From the human T2T-CHM13v2.0 reference genome, Homo sapiens, in the NCBI RefSeq assembly GCF_009914755.1, contig NC_060940.1: a stretch of 64,000 nt of DNA. The stretch is one strand, 5' to 3'. Below, piece by piece: positions 14,034-29,756 of the stretch (its first letter is position 1; each line of letters starts with the position of its first letter). The position numbers and the translations under genes were made by a program. The notes beneath the pieces are model-generated. The model had not been told where the DNA came from. It ran no database searches and saw only the letters and a program-made list of their open reading frames with translations.

Positions 14034-14164
14034 TGAGGCTGACTGGATGTCCAGAGCTGGCCAGGCCACTGGGCCCTGAGCCAGAGACAAGGTCACCTGG
14101 GCTGTGATGTGAAGACACCTGCAGCCTTTGGTCTCCTGGATGGGCCTTTGAGCCTGATGTTTAC

Positions 14165-14290
14165 AGTGTCTGTGTGTGTGTGTGCATATGTGTGTGTGTG
14201 CATATGCATGTGTGTGTGTGTGTGTGTGTCTTAGGTGCGCAGTGGCATGTCCACGTGTGTGTGTGATTGCACGTGCCTGTGGGCCTGGGA
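14165..14290. repeat. (GT)n-rich tract in the IL21R 3'UTR
   Basis: Read directly. Confidence 0.9.
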
Positions 14291-14635
14291 TAATGCCCAT
14301 GGTACTCCATGCATTCACCTGCCCTGTACATGTCTGGACTCACGGAGCTCACCCATGTGCACAAGTGTGCACAGTAAACGTGTTTGTGGTCAACAGATGA
14401 CAACAGCCGTCCTCCCTCCTAGGGTCTTGTGTTGCAAGTTGGTCCACAGCATCTCCGGGGCTTTGTGGGATCAGGGCATTGCCTGTGACTGAGGCGGAAC
14501 CCAGCCCTCCAGCGTCTGCCTCCAGGAGCTGCAAGAAGTCCATATTGTTCCTTATCACCTGCCAACAGGAAGCGAAAGGGGATGGAGTGAGCCCATGGTG
14601 ACCTCGGGAATGGCAATTTTTTGGGCGGCCCATGG

Positions 14636-14825
14636 ACGAAGGTCTGAATCCCGACTCTGATACCTTCTGGCTGTGCTACCTGAGCCAAGTCGCCTCCCCT
14701 CTCTGGGCTAGAGTTTCCTTATCCAGACAGTGGGGAAGGCATGACACACCTGGGGGAAATTGGCGATGTCACCCGTGTACGGTACGCAGCCCAGAGCAGA
14801 CCCTCAATAAACGTCAGCTTCCTTC
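14636..14825 (+). mobile_element. MIR in the IL21R 3'UTR
   Basis: ggtctgaatcccgactctg...gctgtg...gtttccttatc...ctcaataaacgtcagct resembles the MIR consensus. Confidence 0.65.
14806..14811 (+). promoter_or_regulatory. IL21R candidate proximal poly(A) signal AATAAA, at the end of a MIR
   Basis: ccctcAATAAAcgtcagctt; use as a poly(A) site is inferred. Confidence 0.5.
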
Positions 14826-15199
14826 CTTCTGCGGCCAGAGCCGAGGCGGGCGGGGGTGAGAACATCAATCGTCAGCGACAGCCTGGGCACCCGCGGGGCC
14901 GTCCCGCCTGCAGAGGGCCACTCGGGGGGGTTTCCAGGCTTAAAATCAGTCCGTTTCGTCTCTTGGAAACAGCTCCCCACCAACCAAGATTTCTTTTTCT
15001 AACTTCTGCTACTAAGTTTTTAAAAATTCCCTTTATGCACCCAAGAGATATTTATTAAACACCAATTACGTAGCAGGCCATGGCTCATGGGACCCACCCC
15101 CCGTGGCACTCATGGAGGGGGGTGCAGGTTGGAACTATGCAGTGTGCTCCGGCCACACATCCTGCTGGGCCCCCTACCCTGCCCCAATTCAATCCTGCC

Positions 15200-15205
15200 A
15201 ATAAA
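15200..15205 (+). promoter_or_regulatory. IL21R candidate middle poly(A) signal AATAAA
   Basis: gccAATAAAtcctgtc followed by T/GT-rich sequence. Confidence 0.55.
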
Positions 15206-15324
15206 TCCTGTCTTATTTGTTCATCCTGGAGAATTGAAGGGAGGTCAAGTTGTTTGTCAATGATTTGTCAGAGAACCTGTTGAAATGTGAATTAAGAAGC
15301 TAAGAAAATATTTCTTAGCAACAT

Positions 15325-15545
15325 TTTCTTTTTCTTTTTTTTTTTTTTCTTTTGAGACAGAGTCTCACTCTCGTCGCCCAGGCTGGAATGCAGTGGTGCG
15401 ATCTCGGCTCTCTGCAACCTCTGTCTCCCGGGTTCAAGCGATTTCCTGCGTCAGCCCCAGAGTAGCTGGAATTACAGGCACACACCACCACGCCTGGCTA
15501 GTTTTTGTATTTTTAGTAGAGCTGGGGCCACCCTGGCCCGGCCCC
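15325..15545 (-). mobile_element. Alu, internally deleted, antisense in the 3'UTR
   Basis: Right arm plus linker consensus. Confidence 0.85.
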
Positions 15546-16178
15546 GTCTTCCTCCCCAAAGGTCAGACTGCAGGCTGCAGGGCTGTGCTGGAGGAGCCAG
15601 CTCTAGCTCACCCATGCTTTTGCAACAGGGTCGGGTTGGAAGTCAGCACAGGTCAGTCCTGCGGAAGGTTCCTTCGTGACTCATCTGTGAAGTGGGGTGG
15701 TTGGGAGAGGTAGCTGAGAGAATGCATGAGAGTCCTCGGTGCCTGGCAGGAGGCTGGAAGGTTCTAGAACACTGATGGTTATAAGAGTGGGACTGTGAGC
15801 CTGGGATCGGGGGGTGTGAGACTTGGATGGGAGCACAAGAGTGGAAACACAGCTTCTGCACGGAGCAGGCGCAGCCCTCAACACCCCGTGCACCTGCACC
15901 CTAGGGACTCTTGGGTCCAGATGTGCTGTGGTTTTCACACCTTCTTGGGGGCAACAGGTTCCAGGAGCCACCTGTGGGTGCCACCTGAGCCACAGGCTCC
16001 CAGGAAAGCAGCACAGCTCTCCTGCACCCAGAGCTTGCTGGGTGGCGGAGGGGAACACAGATGGTTGGGGAAGGCCTGAGGCCAGATTGGGGGACTCTGG
16101 ACTGGGGCAGATGAGGCTCCTCAGAATCCCACCTTTGAAGGGAACTCAGCTTATAAACACAGAGGAGCAAAGTTGGAG

Positions 16179-16480
<302 letters not shown>

Positions 16481-16577
16481 AAGTTGGAGACAAGAGCTGG
16501 CTCACCTGAAAGGAGGGATTAGTAGGTAGGAGGGTGGATGGAGGATGGATGGATGTGTGGGTGGATAGGAAGATGGT

Positions 16578-16598
16578 ATTAAGTTGGTGCAAAAGTCT
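16578..16598. mobile_element. MADE1/HSMAR1 TIR fragment
   Basis: tattaagttggtgcaaaagt matches the mariner TIR start TA-TTAGGTTGGTGCAAAAGT. Confidence 0.55.
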
Positions 16599-16773
16599 TT
16601 GATATTACTCTTAATGGCTTTAATAAAAAGCTTGAAGGAAGAATGATTGGTTGGATAGACAGAGATAAATGCATACTGGAAACAAAGATAAAGATAAAAC
16701 ACAAGTTATACCAGGCCAGCAACTCTATTTTGTTCACTGCCTTTAGTCCCAGCCTGGCACATAGTAGGCACTC

Positions 16774-16779
16774 AATAAA
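16774..16779 (+). promoter_or_regulatory. IL21R candidate distal poly(A) signal AATAAA, in an L2 3' end
   Basis: cctggcacatagtaggcactcAATAAAg; fits my recollection of a ~2.7-kb IL21R 3'UTR. Confidence 0.55.
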
Positions 16780-16932
16780 GCCTGATTTGTAGCATTTGCT
16801 TATTTCCATGGTGTAATTTCATGCTCCTGATTTGAGTCTAAACACAGAGTTGGGAAGAGATATGCACAATCTGCCCTCTTGGCTGGTATGAGTGAGTCCC
16901 AGCTCACCGATGGTAGCCCAGAGAGAACATCA

Positions 16933-17286
<354 letters not shown>

Positions 17287-17829
17287 GGAAAAATGAATAG
17301 GCGTTGTTAGATGTACCAGCTATTTGGGGCAGAGGGAAGAGCTTGGACAAAGGCCTGGAGGTACGACCAAGGGTCAGGAGCAAGTGGGACAGGCGCTCCT
17401 CGCCCTCCAAAGACCAGGCCAGAATTGCTGACAAGACTCACTGAAGAGGAAGGGGGACCGATAGCAACGTCACTTTCCCAGCTGCCGCATTCCTCACCTT
17501 GCCGTCTGCAAGCTCTGAGGGGCAGAGTCATCCGTCTGACAGATGAAATGAAGGCACAGCTCAGGCTGGTGACCTGCCTGAGGTCACACACTGAATGAGT
17601 GGTCGGAGCTGGAACCAGAACTCTGGGCTTCTGATGCCACTTTCAGCTCTTTTTCACCTTGCTCTGCTGGAACGTACCTAGATCAAGAGGTGAGGAAGGT
17701 TTAGCAGACGCCGTGGGTGCCTGCTGCATCTGCCTGTGCAGCAGTTTGGAGACGTGGCTGACCCCAGCTCTGGGAGTGGCTACGTGAACCAGGCCTGCCC
17801 AGTAGGACATTTCTTCCCCCTGGCAACAG

Positions 17830-18490
17830 TACAGTTTAGGGACAGACATACCCTAGCTGGTCCATGCTCTCTTTCTGCTGGGATTACTAAGCTGTAAGGA
17901 GGGTACTGGGAGGGGCAGCAAGAAACACACAAGAAAGCAGAGCTGAGAGATGGTAATAGCTCTTGAGATCCCGGATCCAGCCATGCCTGAAACCACGTTT
18001 CTCCTGGACCGTTTAGATACATGAGTATGGAAGTCATTATGCTGTTCACCATATGCTGGGCACATGGCAGGATTGTACATCCTGACCCTCTGTAGCCAGA
18101 TGGGGCCATGTGACTGGCTGGGACTGGGCAGTTGTGAGCAGAAGTGATAAGTCTCACTTCTGGGCAGAGCATTTTTCAGATGGCTACCACACCCCCTGGG
18201 GTGTTTTTCCTCTGTCACAGAGACAGATGATGATGGTGACTGCTCCATCTGCCTGGGCACCTGGGTCCTTGAGCAAGGAGATACGGACTGAAGTTTCAGT
18301 TCACTTGTGATAGACGTGTATCGTGAGCAAGGAATCAATCCTTTGTTGTTCTAAGCTGCTGAGATGGGGCTGTTTGTTACCACAGCATAACCCTGCCTAC
18401 CCTAGCTGAATCAATGAGCTGATAAATTTCCTTTTTTGCTTAAGCTGGTTTGAGGTGGGTTTCTGTCCCTTGCAGCAGAAAGTGTTCTAG
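17830..18490. mobile_element. Old MaLR (MLT1-type) LTR fragments
   Basis: MLT1-like ends 'ctttgttgttctaagctgctgagat...tttgttaccacagcataa' and 'tttttgcttaagctggtttgag'. Confidence 0.5.
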
Positions 18491-18549
18491 CATTATTCTG
18501 ATATTATCCCCACAGTAAGGACTCTCCTTCTATCCTAAGGAAGGACCTT

Positions 18550-19592
<1,043 letters not shown>

Positions 19593-19759
19593 CCCCATTC
19601 AAAGGGCCCAGAAGACCAGGCTCCAAGGGCAAGTCATTTGCTGTCGCTGCGCCTCAGTTTTCTCTTTTATAAAGTGGAGGTTAGGAATCAGCCTCTTGGC
19701 TTGCTCCAGGAATGAAAACAGAGGGTGGAGCAAGCCCTTATTAGATGTCAGTTGTCTTA

Positions 19760-20078
19760 GTGTTTTTGTTTGTTTTTTGTTTTTGTTGTTTGGTTTTTAG
19801 ACAGAGTCTGACACTGTCACCCAGGCTGGAGTACAATAGCGTGATCTCTGCTCATTGAAACCTCCGCCTCCCAGGTTCAAGCAATTCTCCTGCTTCAGCC
19901 TCCTGAGTAGCTGGGATTATAGGCACGTGCCACCACACTTGGCTAATTTTTGTATTTTTAGTAGAGACGGGGTTTCACCATGTTGGCAAGGCTGGTCTCG
20001 TACTCCTGACCTGAAGTGATCTGCCCGCCTCAGCCTCCCAAAGTGCTGGGATTGCAGGCGTGAGCCACCACGCCCGGC
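19760..20078 (-). mobile_element. AluS
   Basis: Antisense Alu consensus. Confidence 0.9.
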
Positions 20079-20633
20079 CAGAGGTGCGTTGTCTTTCTAT
20101 CATCACCTTGAGCTAGGCTCCAGGTCAGAGGAGAAGAGGGCTGTGGCCCCAGCCCTTCCCAATCTCCTTCCCAGAGAGTTCATAAATGCTTCCCTCCAGA
20201 TGCCTTGAAGCTTGCACTGCTTTCTGCTGGGATTCAACGAACACATAACCCCAGCTCTCCAACCATCAACAGTTCCTGCGAGATCTCAGCCTGGGATGCT
20301 GTCTGGGGGTCCCAGATGCTCTAACAAGGGAAGGAGACAGAGGGAAGTGAAGGCCCAGAAAAAGGCAGTGATTTGCCTGGAGTCCATCATGCTCTGCCCC
20401 ATTCCTGAGCTCCTTTTGGTCCCCCCGCTGGAGGTGAAAGCCCCTTCCTCCCTCCTATCTGGGGATGTTGTTTGCCTGAGCCCGGCTGCTGGCCCCATGG
20501 TATGGCACAACCCTGCACAGCCCACCCAGTCCCAGGGCACCGGTGGAACCCAAGAAGGGGACTTCCGGTGGAAGATGGAGCAGTGAGCACGTGCACTGCC
20601 CCTCCCAGGAGCCCATTCCACTGACAGTAAAGG

Positions 20634-20706
20634 AAGCAGGCGCTTCCTTTAAACTCTCGACAGGAAAGAAAGCAGGCGCTTCCTTTAAACTCTCGACAGG
20701 AAAGAA
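20634..20706. repeat. Perfect 36-bp tandem duplication
   Basis: aagcaggcgcttcctttaaactctcgacaggaaaga twice. Confidence 0.95.
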
Positions 20707-20779
20707 CAAGGAGAGGACTTGTCTGCCATCAGGAAACACCCACGCATTCGTGTAAGATGAGAGGATGGAGTCAAGTCTG

Positions 20780-21030
20780 CTCGGACGTCACCTTCTCCAC
20801 TCTGGGTTGGGTCCTTTATTCAAAGTGCAACACCCCACTGCCTGGTTTTGTTTTTTCCATCACACTTATTATACCTTCTCATACATTTGTGTTATTTATC
20901 CATCATATTTACTGTCTATCGCCACTACAGCAGGGATCTAATTCTCCGCTGGGTCTCAGAGCCTAGAATAGTGCCTGGTATAGAGCAGGTGCTAAAAAAT
21001 ATTGAATAAGTGAATGAATGAATGAATCAA
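20780..21030 (+). mobile_element. L2 3' end with (GAAT)n tail
   Basis: gcctagaatagtgcctggtatagagcaggtgct...tgaatgaatgaa. Confidence 0.7.
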
Positions 21031-21252
21031 TCAATGGTAGAGCAGTGACTGGCAAAGCAGTATGGAGAGAGGAGGCAACCATCTGCCCCAGACCTAGAAA
21101 GGGCACAGAATGAGGTGTGGAGATGAAAACAGGCCGCCTCCTGGGGAGTCTGTAATGAGAGCAAGAGCCCTTCCTTCATTGCTCAGACCATGGGGCAATC
21201 ATAGGTCTTCCCCCTGTGTCTAAGGGTGACAAATGTGAAGGTTTTTCTTTCA

Positions 21253-21597
<345 letters not shown>

Positions 21598-22417
21598 CTA
21601 CTCTTTAGGGAGTCTCCCAGCACAATGCTGGCTCCCCCCCCACCCCAAAACAAATCCCATCCCTGGAAGGCGGTGTGATGGGGAGGTCCCTGAGGCTGGC
21701 AGACTGGGAATACCAGCAGATCCGCTTTCCAGCCTCCAGCCCTGTGGACATGATTTTACCTCCTGCACCTCAGCTTCCTCATCTATGAAATGAGTATACT
21801 GATCAGGCAGACGTCTTAGGGCTGTTGTGGGGCCAGAAGTTAATGTGTGTAATGTGCCCAGAACAGTGTCTGGCATCTGGCAGATGCTCAGGAAATCTTG
21901 TTGCTAGGATATCATCCATTTTATGGATAAGTCATGCCCTGCCCCAGTCAGTTCTTACTGGCCTCACCCTGGAGCCTGTATGGACCAAGAGCACCTGACA
22001 TTTGGAAACCAAGGCGAAGTAACAGGAAACAGAGACGCTTGGGTGGCTGCTGCCACCTGCTGGTAAGCACTGCAATATGCAGGTGTCGGCTGAAGGCAGT
22101 GCCCGCTCGCTCTGCTGTCCAGGGGGAAAGGGCCACAGAAGTGCATCTGCCTGGCGCTTATAAAGGGGACCCTGGACAATCACCACAGCAGCCCTCTGCG
22201 GTAGAGAATACGGGCGATGAGGACAGGGTGAACTGGCAGGGGTTTGCTTAATTCAACAAAGGCTGACTTCTACCCTTTGGGTGGATGGACCTGCGTTGGG
22301 CATTGGAGGTAAGGAGGGAGACTCCACGCAGGCACATACATGCACACTCACACACACACATGCCCACACACAAATACATACATACACAGCATGTATGTGC
22401 ACAGATACACACATTCG

Positions 22418-23125
22418 CGACTTCAAAACGTTTGTGGAGGCCGGGCGCGGTGGCTCACACCACCAACATGGAGAAACCCCGTCTCTACTAAAAATACAAA
22501 ATTAGCCGGGCGTCGTTGCGCATGCCTGTAATCCCAGCTACTCGGAATCTGAGGCAGGAGAATCGCTGGAACTCGGGAGACGGAGGTTGCAGTGAGTCCA
22601 GATCACGCAATTGCACTCCAGCCTGGGCAACAAGAGCAAAACCCTGTCTCAAAAAAAAAAAAAAGAAAAGAAAAAGAAAAAGAAAAAAAAAAAGTTCATG
22701 GAAAATGAATTCAAAGATTAAAAATAAGAAACAAACTGTCTTTCTCAACATAAGTTCCATCAAGGTCAAGACACTTTGGTGGGCGATGAGACCAGCCATT
22801 CAGCCCCTCCCTGAAAAACTGAGGGTCCTGGGAATTTTACCATGGCAATGCCATCTTTTTACATTATTAACTGAAGAAAAGTGCCCTTTAAAGTTTTTTT
22901 TTTCTTTTTTAGGAAACAAAAAGAAGTCAGAAGGAGCCATATCAGGACTATAAGGTGAGTGCCTAATAATTTGTCATGGAAACGCTTGCAAAATTGCCCT
23001 TGTTTGATGAGGAGTGAGCAGGGGCATTGCTGTAGTGGAGAAGGACTCTCTGGTGAAGCTTTCCTGGGTGGTTTTCCACTAAAGCTTTGGCTACTTCCTC
23101 AAAACACTCCCATAATAGGCATGCT
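22418..23125 (-). mobile_element. HSMAR2 mariner 3' fragment with an Alu (22439-22692) inserted in its TIR
   Basis: TIR-like cttcaaaa..gttcatggaaaatg; minus strand encodes HSPYSPDMAPSDFFLF (mariner YSPDLAPSD motif at 22926-22952). Confidence 0.85.
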
Positions 23126-23784
23126 GATGCAGATGTGCCAGGGGGTCGGTGAGTGAGCCGTGCTGAGGGCGTGTTTTATGTTACAGGCCCGGGCTTCCCA
23201 GGGCGTGCACAGACAGATATGGATGGAAATGGGAAGAGGGAAAGTGGGAGGGGCCCTGAAGGAGAGGGGCCCACAGGCTTTAGCCAGATTTGAAATGTTG
23301 TATTTAACAGACAATGCATTCATGTATTTGCTTATCTAAGAAAAAGAAAAAAGAATTAAGAGTGAGGAGGGCAAGACTGGGGGGTATATGGAAGCTGGGG
23401 ACACAAAGCCAAGGTGTCCGGGCCTCGTGCAGGTGCCCATCTGGGCTGTGCATTCCCTGGCCTCTCTGCAGGAGACCAGGAGCCACCACCTAGCACTGTT
23501 CTGGCAGCTGCAAAAGGGCCAGAGACCCATTTTTGCCCCTTCGTAGGTTTTGTTTGGTAGTTAGTGCTTAATGTTTCTTTCAAATTTGCATTCCTTCACA
23601 GCCTGGGCATACACATTTTAGTTTTCCACAGTTGCTATCACTCCCTAGTATTTAACCCAAGGCCCCTTTCCTCTCATTTGTTACCTGCCTGGCCCCTGAA
23701 GGCATCTCAGCTCACAACTACTGGTCAATGCTGTGGCTTCTGGAGATTTCTGTGCAGAGCTTGGAGGGGCAGAGAGCTGTCTTG

Positions 23785-24075
23785 GAAGGATGGATGGATG
23801 GATGGGTAGATGGATGGATGGACAGATGAATGAATGGATGGGTAGGTGGATGAATGGACAGATGGACAAATGAATGGGTGGATGGGTAGGTGGGTGGATG
23901 GATGGATGGATGGACAGATGAGTGGATGGATGTGTAGATGAATGCACAGATGAATGGATGGTGGGTGGATGGATGGGCGAATGGATGGATGGATGGATGG
24001 ATGGATGGATGGGTAGGTGGATAGTTGGGTGGATGGATGTGCAGATGGATGGATGGACAGATGGGTGGGCAGATG
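23785..24075. repeat. (TGGA)n degenerate tetranucleotide repeat
   Basis: Read directly. Confidence 0.95.
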
Positions 24076-25385
24076 AGGGGCTTCATGATGGGTAGGAGGG
24101 AGGGGAAGAAGCAACAGATTATCCTTGGGCAGAATGGGGATGTGGACTGGTGTTCACAGAAGCCCCATTTCACCATCTGAGAGCTGTCCCCACCATCCCT
24201 ATGTCCCATCTCCCAACACATGCCCACACTCTCCATCATCTGGGAGGCACAGGCAAAGAAGGAAACTTGCTGAACCCGACTATGCACTTGCATCCGGTGC
24301 TCTTCAGCTCATCTGGCCCTCCCTTGAGGGAGATACTCTTCCCCCAGTTTTCAGACGACAAAACGAAGGCTCTGAAATGTGAATGCAGGGTCAGTTTTTT
24401 AGGAAACACTTACTGGATTCCCAAACCTTTCTTCCACCATGCCACACTTTCCCAAATAATTAGTATTTGTACAGTATTTTATTTATGAAGCAGACCACAT
24501 CCACTATTCTACTTGATTGCCTCAAAAAATCCCATAGAACACTATTGTTTCTACACTTGAATGAAACTTTAAAGGGAAAAAAAATAGACACTAAGACCTG
24601 ACCAGGCTAGGCAGTGCGGGGACTCACTCTCAGGACTCTGACTCCCAAGTCCCTGCCTTTGTCCCTCCTCATCCAGAAGTGTGGCCCAGAGTGACCAGGG
24701 CCCTGGTCCCTCGTAGAGGGAGGATGGAGACATAGGTTGGAAGGTGGGTCAGGTCAGGGGTACATGTTCCCCAGAGGGGACACTTTTCTAGGTGAGAGAA
24801 GCTGCAGGTGGGTGTGAGACACAGCTGGCCAGGTCGGGGCACATCCCACCTAGAGGGAGTGGCCTCTGCTTAGCACTTCTGACTGCCACAGGCAGGAAGC
24901 TAAGCCCATTGTTACTGGAACTTTCCATTTTAAGAGAAGACAGAAATCTGAATTTTTTTTAAAAAAATGTGAACTCTACATTTTAAAAATGTTGGCAACT
25001 AACTTAAAAAAATGTAACAATGTGAGCTCAAGAGAACTTCAAGGGGCCAGACCCATCCCGCAGGCCCTGCCAACACCAGCTGTGCTGAGCTGAGCTGATC
25101 GTGGGCCTGGCACTGGGCTGGGAGCTGCTCTGTGGGGGACAGGCCTGGGACCAGCTGAGAAGGTGGTGAGGGAGCTGCCTGTGCCCCTCTCCATCCTGGA
25201 GGCCATCTCTCACCTGCTGGCTGAGGCTGGGCGGGGCTGCCGAGCTTAGGATCAGGGCCTTCCCTCTTCCTTTGGTTTCAATGGGAACAGCCATTCCAGG
25301 TTGTTCTGCAGCCAAAGCAGGGAGTCCCCTAGGGGAATCACTGATTCTTTAGGAAACACACAAAACAGAATGCATTTTACTTCCC

Positions 25386-25391
25386 TTTAAT
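25386..25391 (-). promoter_or_regulatory. GTF3C1 candidate poly(A) signal ATTAAA
   Basis: Plus-strand tttaat about 720 nt past the stop, with GT-rich sequence downstream on the minus strand; a second ATTAAA lies at 25431-25436. Confidence 0.55.
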
Positions 25392-26107
25392 CAAAAAATA
25401 AATAAGTACACTCCACAGGGACTTTTTTTTTTTAATGAGGAAAAAAGGTGAAAGAACAAAATAAAACAAACAAAACCAAAACCTACAGGGACTCTTCATT
25501 TCTGGCCTGCAAGGAATCACCAGCCAGGCTGAGGGACACGGACAGCCAGCCCAGCTGGGGCCTGCCAGGTGACTCACAAGGCTGAAAAGGGAGCCGCTCC
25601 GCTCTGGGTGGTTCAGTCCCAGCCAGGGGTTGGGATGTCCTGCCTGCGGAGGGGCCACAGCCCCCATGGGGGGCCCCTCGCAGCGGGGCACACCGATCCC
25701 TATTCTGCAAGGTGTATCCCACAAGGCCCTTCCTCTTGGTGGCACCTGGGCACTCAAGGAGCCAGGAGATCCTGCCGAGATGGCTAGAGTCTGGAATGTG
25801 AGGTGTGCACAGGCGGGGCAAACTCTGGAGACCCAGAGACAAGAAGCACCAACTCCCAGTGTGATGAGGCCAGTTCCCAAGGGGAAGGCCCAGAAGAGCC
25901 TGGGGGATGGGCAGGTCGGGGAGCCCCTCTTTCCAGAGTTCCAGTACAGTGGGAAACGTGTCAGTCTGTGACTCTGGCCAAAGCACCCGTCCCCTGCTGC
26001 AGGAGGCTCGGCAGACCCAAGGCCAGGGCACAGTGGGGTCTGCCGAGCACCAGGCAGGAGTGGTGTGGCAGGCGGTGGCTGGGAGGGAGGGGACGCCCAC
26101 AGGGGTC

Positions 26108-26785
<678 letters not shown>

Positions 26786-27051
26786 TCATGAGTTAGTGAC
26801 CCCTGGCACAGAGAAAGCATCAGAGACAAGCACCCCGGGCACCCCATCTTCCAGCCTGGTCAGCAGCATGGAGCTGGTGAAGGACACTGAGGGACAGCCT
26901 GAGAGGCAGGAGCCCAGGACAAGCTGGGGGAGGAGGTGCAGGCAAGCAGTATGGTGGTACTGCATGTTGCCTGGGGCCTGAACATCACAGCCGGGCCACT
27001 GAGTGCACCCAGCCGCCTCCACACCCTGCTGAACCCAGGAAGGCCCCACAC

Positions 27052-27244
27052 CTGGAGCAACTCCAGCACGGCGACGGGCTGCAGGACCCCCTGGTAGTGG
27101 CGCAGCAGGGAGCTCTCGGGGATGCCAGGCCTGGTCATGATGTGGTACAGCATGGCCTCCATCATACCCTTGCATACAGGAAGGTTCAGGTGGCCATCCA
27201 CGACACGCCACGGCCGGCCGATGAAGCAGACACTCTCACAGTCC
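27052..27244 (-). CDS. GTF3C1: GTF3C1 exon 36 ([12 protein letters not shown]...VLELLQ)
   Basis: tgcag| and |gtgtgg; 193 nt, in phase. Confidence 0.94.
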
Positions 27245-28298
27245 CTGCAGGGAGAGGGCTTGACATCAGGGCTTGGTGGGGGCAGGAGGGCAGCTCGTCC
27301 AGACAGAACACTGAGGCTCAGGGGCGTCCTAGGCCTGGCCCAGGTCACAGGGCTGAGACCAGCCACCTCTTGCTCTCTGCTTTCCAAACTCCCTGCTTCT
27401 CTCCTGTCTGGACAGAGGGGCCCTTGACCGCCAGCTGGGTGGAACCAGGACGTGGTGTCCGCTCTGATGTAGCTGTAACTGAGGCCTCAGTGGGCCCACC
27501 CACATTGGCAGGAGAGGGACAAGGGTTGTGACTCCTGGACTTGCCAGCTCTACTGGCAGCCCAGGCAGAAACCACCTCCAGGCTGTGGCAAAACTCACGG
27601 GAGCGTGACCCTGAAGCTCTGCTCCACGCCATGTGCAGAGTTCCAGGCACACTTTCCTCGAAACAGACGTTTCTGTTACTAAACCAGAGACTGAACAGCC
27701 ACCCGGGGCCCACGAGTGGGGCGGACCCAGAAGAGCTGGACACCAGGCTCTCATCGCTATGGCTGGGCCTTGGAGGGGGCACACCTGAGCTCTTGAAAGC
27801 CAGGACACAGGGCACTTGGGCCCTGCCAATCTGGGGTCAGCACACACACTCATGGGAGGCGCCCCCACCAGAGGGGCTTCTGCGGCCCCCTTGCTTCCTG
27901 TAACTCTGTGGCATGGTTGTCCCGGGGGCAGCTGGGCATTCAGGGCTTATCCCTCTGTGGACCCCTGGCTCATCTGCAGGAGTGGGTGAGGTGCCTGTGG
28001 GCCATGAGGAGCCAGTGAAGCACAGCTGACAGCACCAGGCATGGTTCTCCACCAGCGCCCTGGGCATTCTGGAAGCGCAGCCCTCATTCCAGGCCGACCT
28101 GGGCACTGCCAGTGCTCAGCACGCCTGCTGCTCGCCCACTGCGCCCCTCCAAGTACCCCTGCCAAGAACCAAGGTGCCGGGCAGGCTGTCAGAGCTGGTA
28201 CCTGGGGAAAGACCCTCAAAGACCCTCACACAAATCCTTACACTCGGTCCCTGTCAAGAGCCCCGCCCCAGGCCCCGGAGCCAGAACCCCACACCCAC

Positions 28299-28350
28299 CT
28301 TTCCCGTGCTGCCTGGGAGATGTTGGCAGCTCCGAAACTCTCTGTGAACC
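28299..28350 (-). CDS. GTF3C1: GTF3C1 exon 35 (FTESFGAANISQAARE)
   Basis: ctcag| and |gtgggt; 52 nt, restores phase between exons 34 and 36. Confidence 0.88.
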
Positions 28351-29015
28351 CTGAGGGAAGAGGAAGAGAATGTGAGAGACTCGGAAAGTCAGGGAAGCCA
28401 TCTCTGCCCTCCAACCTTCAGCATGGTACCTAGCATGAGCAGGGCACCTCGAGGCTCAGGGGATGAAGTGTCAAAAAAAAAGGACAATGAGCATCTCACA
28501 GAGCGGCCACCCTGGAGGTGGCAGGGCCGGGCAGACTGCCGCACACAGCGCCACATGCAAGCAGCGTCCCAGGCCCGGACAAGCCCCACATTGCAGGAAG
28601 CCAGCGAACACCTCATTTTCCACCCAGAAGCCCCGACCACAAGGGTGGTATAAAACCCGAGGCAAAAACACCCCAAAGAAAACAAAAACGCCCAGAGAAG
28701 CCACATGAGAAGGCCGCTGCTGATGACAGACGTGCAGGAAAGGAAAGGGCGTGCTGCCACCCGAGGAAGTTGAGACCCCCATGCCATCACTGCCCCACAG
28801 CAGCCGCTGCAGTGCACACGCTGGCCCCACCGCCTGAGCTCCTGCTCTGGAACTCACAGTGCTGCCTGGGGATGTGGGAGGCCTGCCCTCCCCTGGAAAT
28901 GCATTTACAGGCAGTATCCTCCCCCTCAGGGCTCAGGCTCTGAGAAGCTGAAGTCAAGCCCCTTTTGTGCCAGTGGCAGGTCCCCCATCCTCGGAGGAAG
29001 GTGTGAGGCCCATCA

Positions 29016-29756
<741 letters not shown>

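Noticed and set aside
13408-14318. Minus-strand ORFs over IL21R exon 9
   Set aside because: Antisense shadows of a GC-rich coding exon; no independent support
24900-25070. Loosely similar AT-rich blocks at about 24.9, 29.9, 54.1 and 62.8 kb
   Set aside because: Probably remnants of one ancient DNA-transposon family, too diverged to name or delimit by eye
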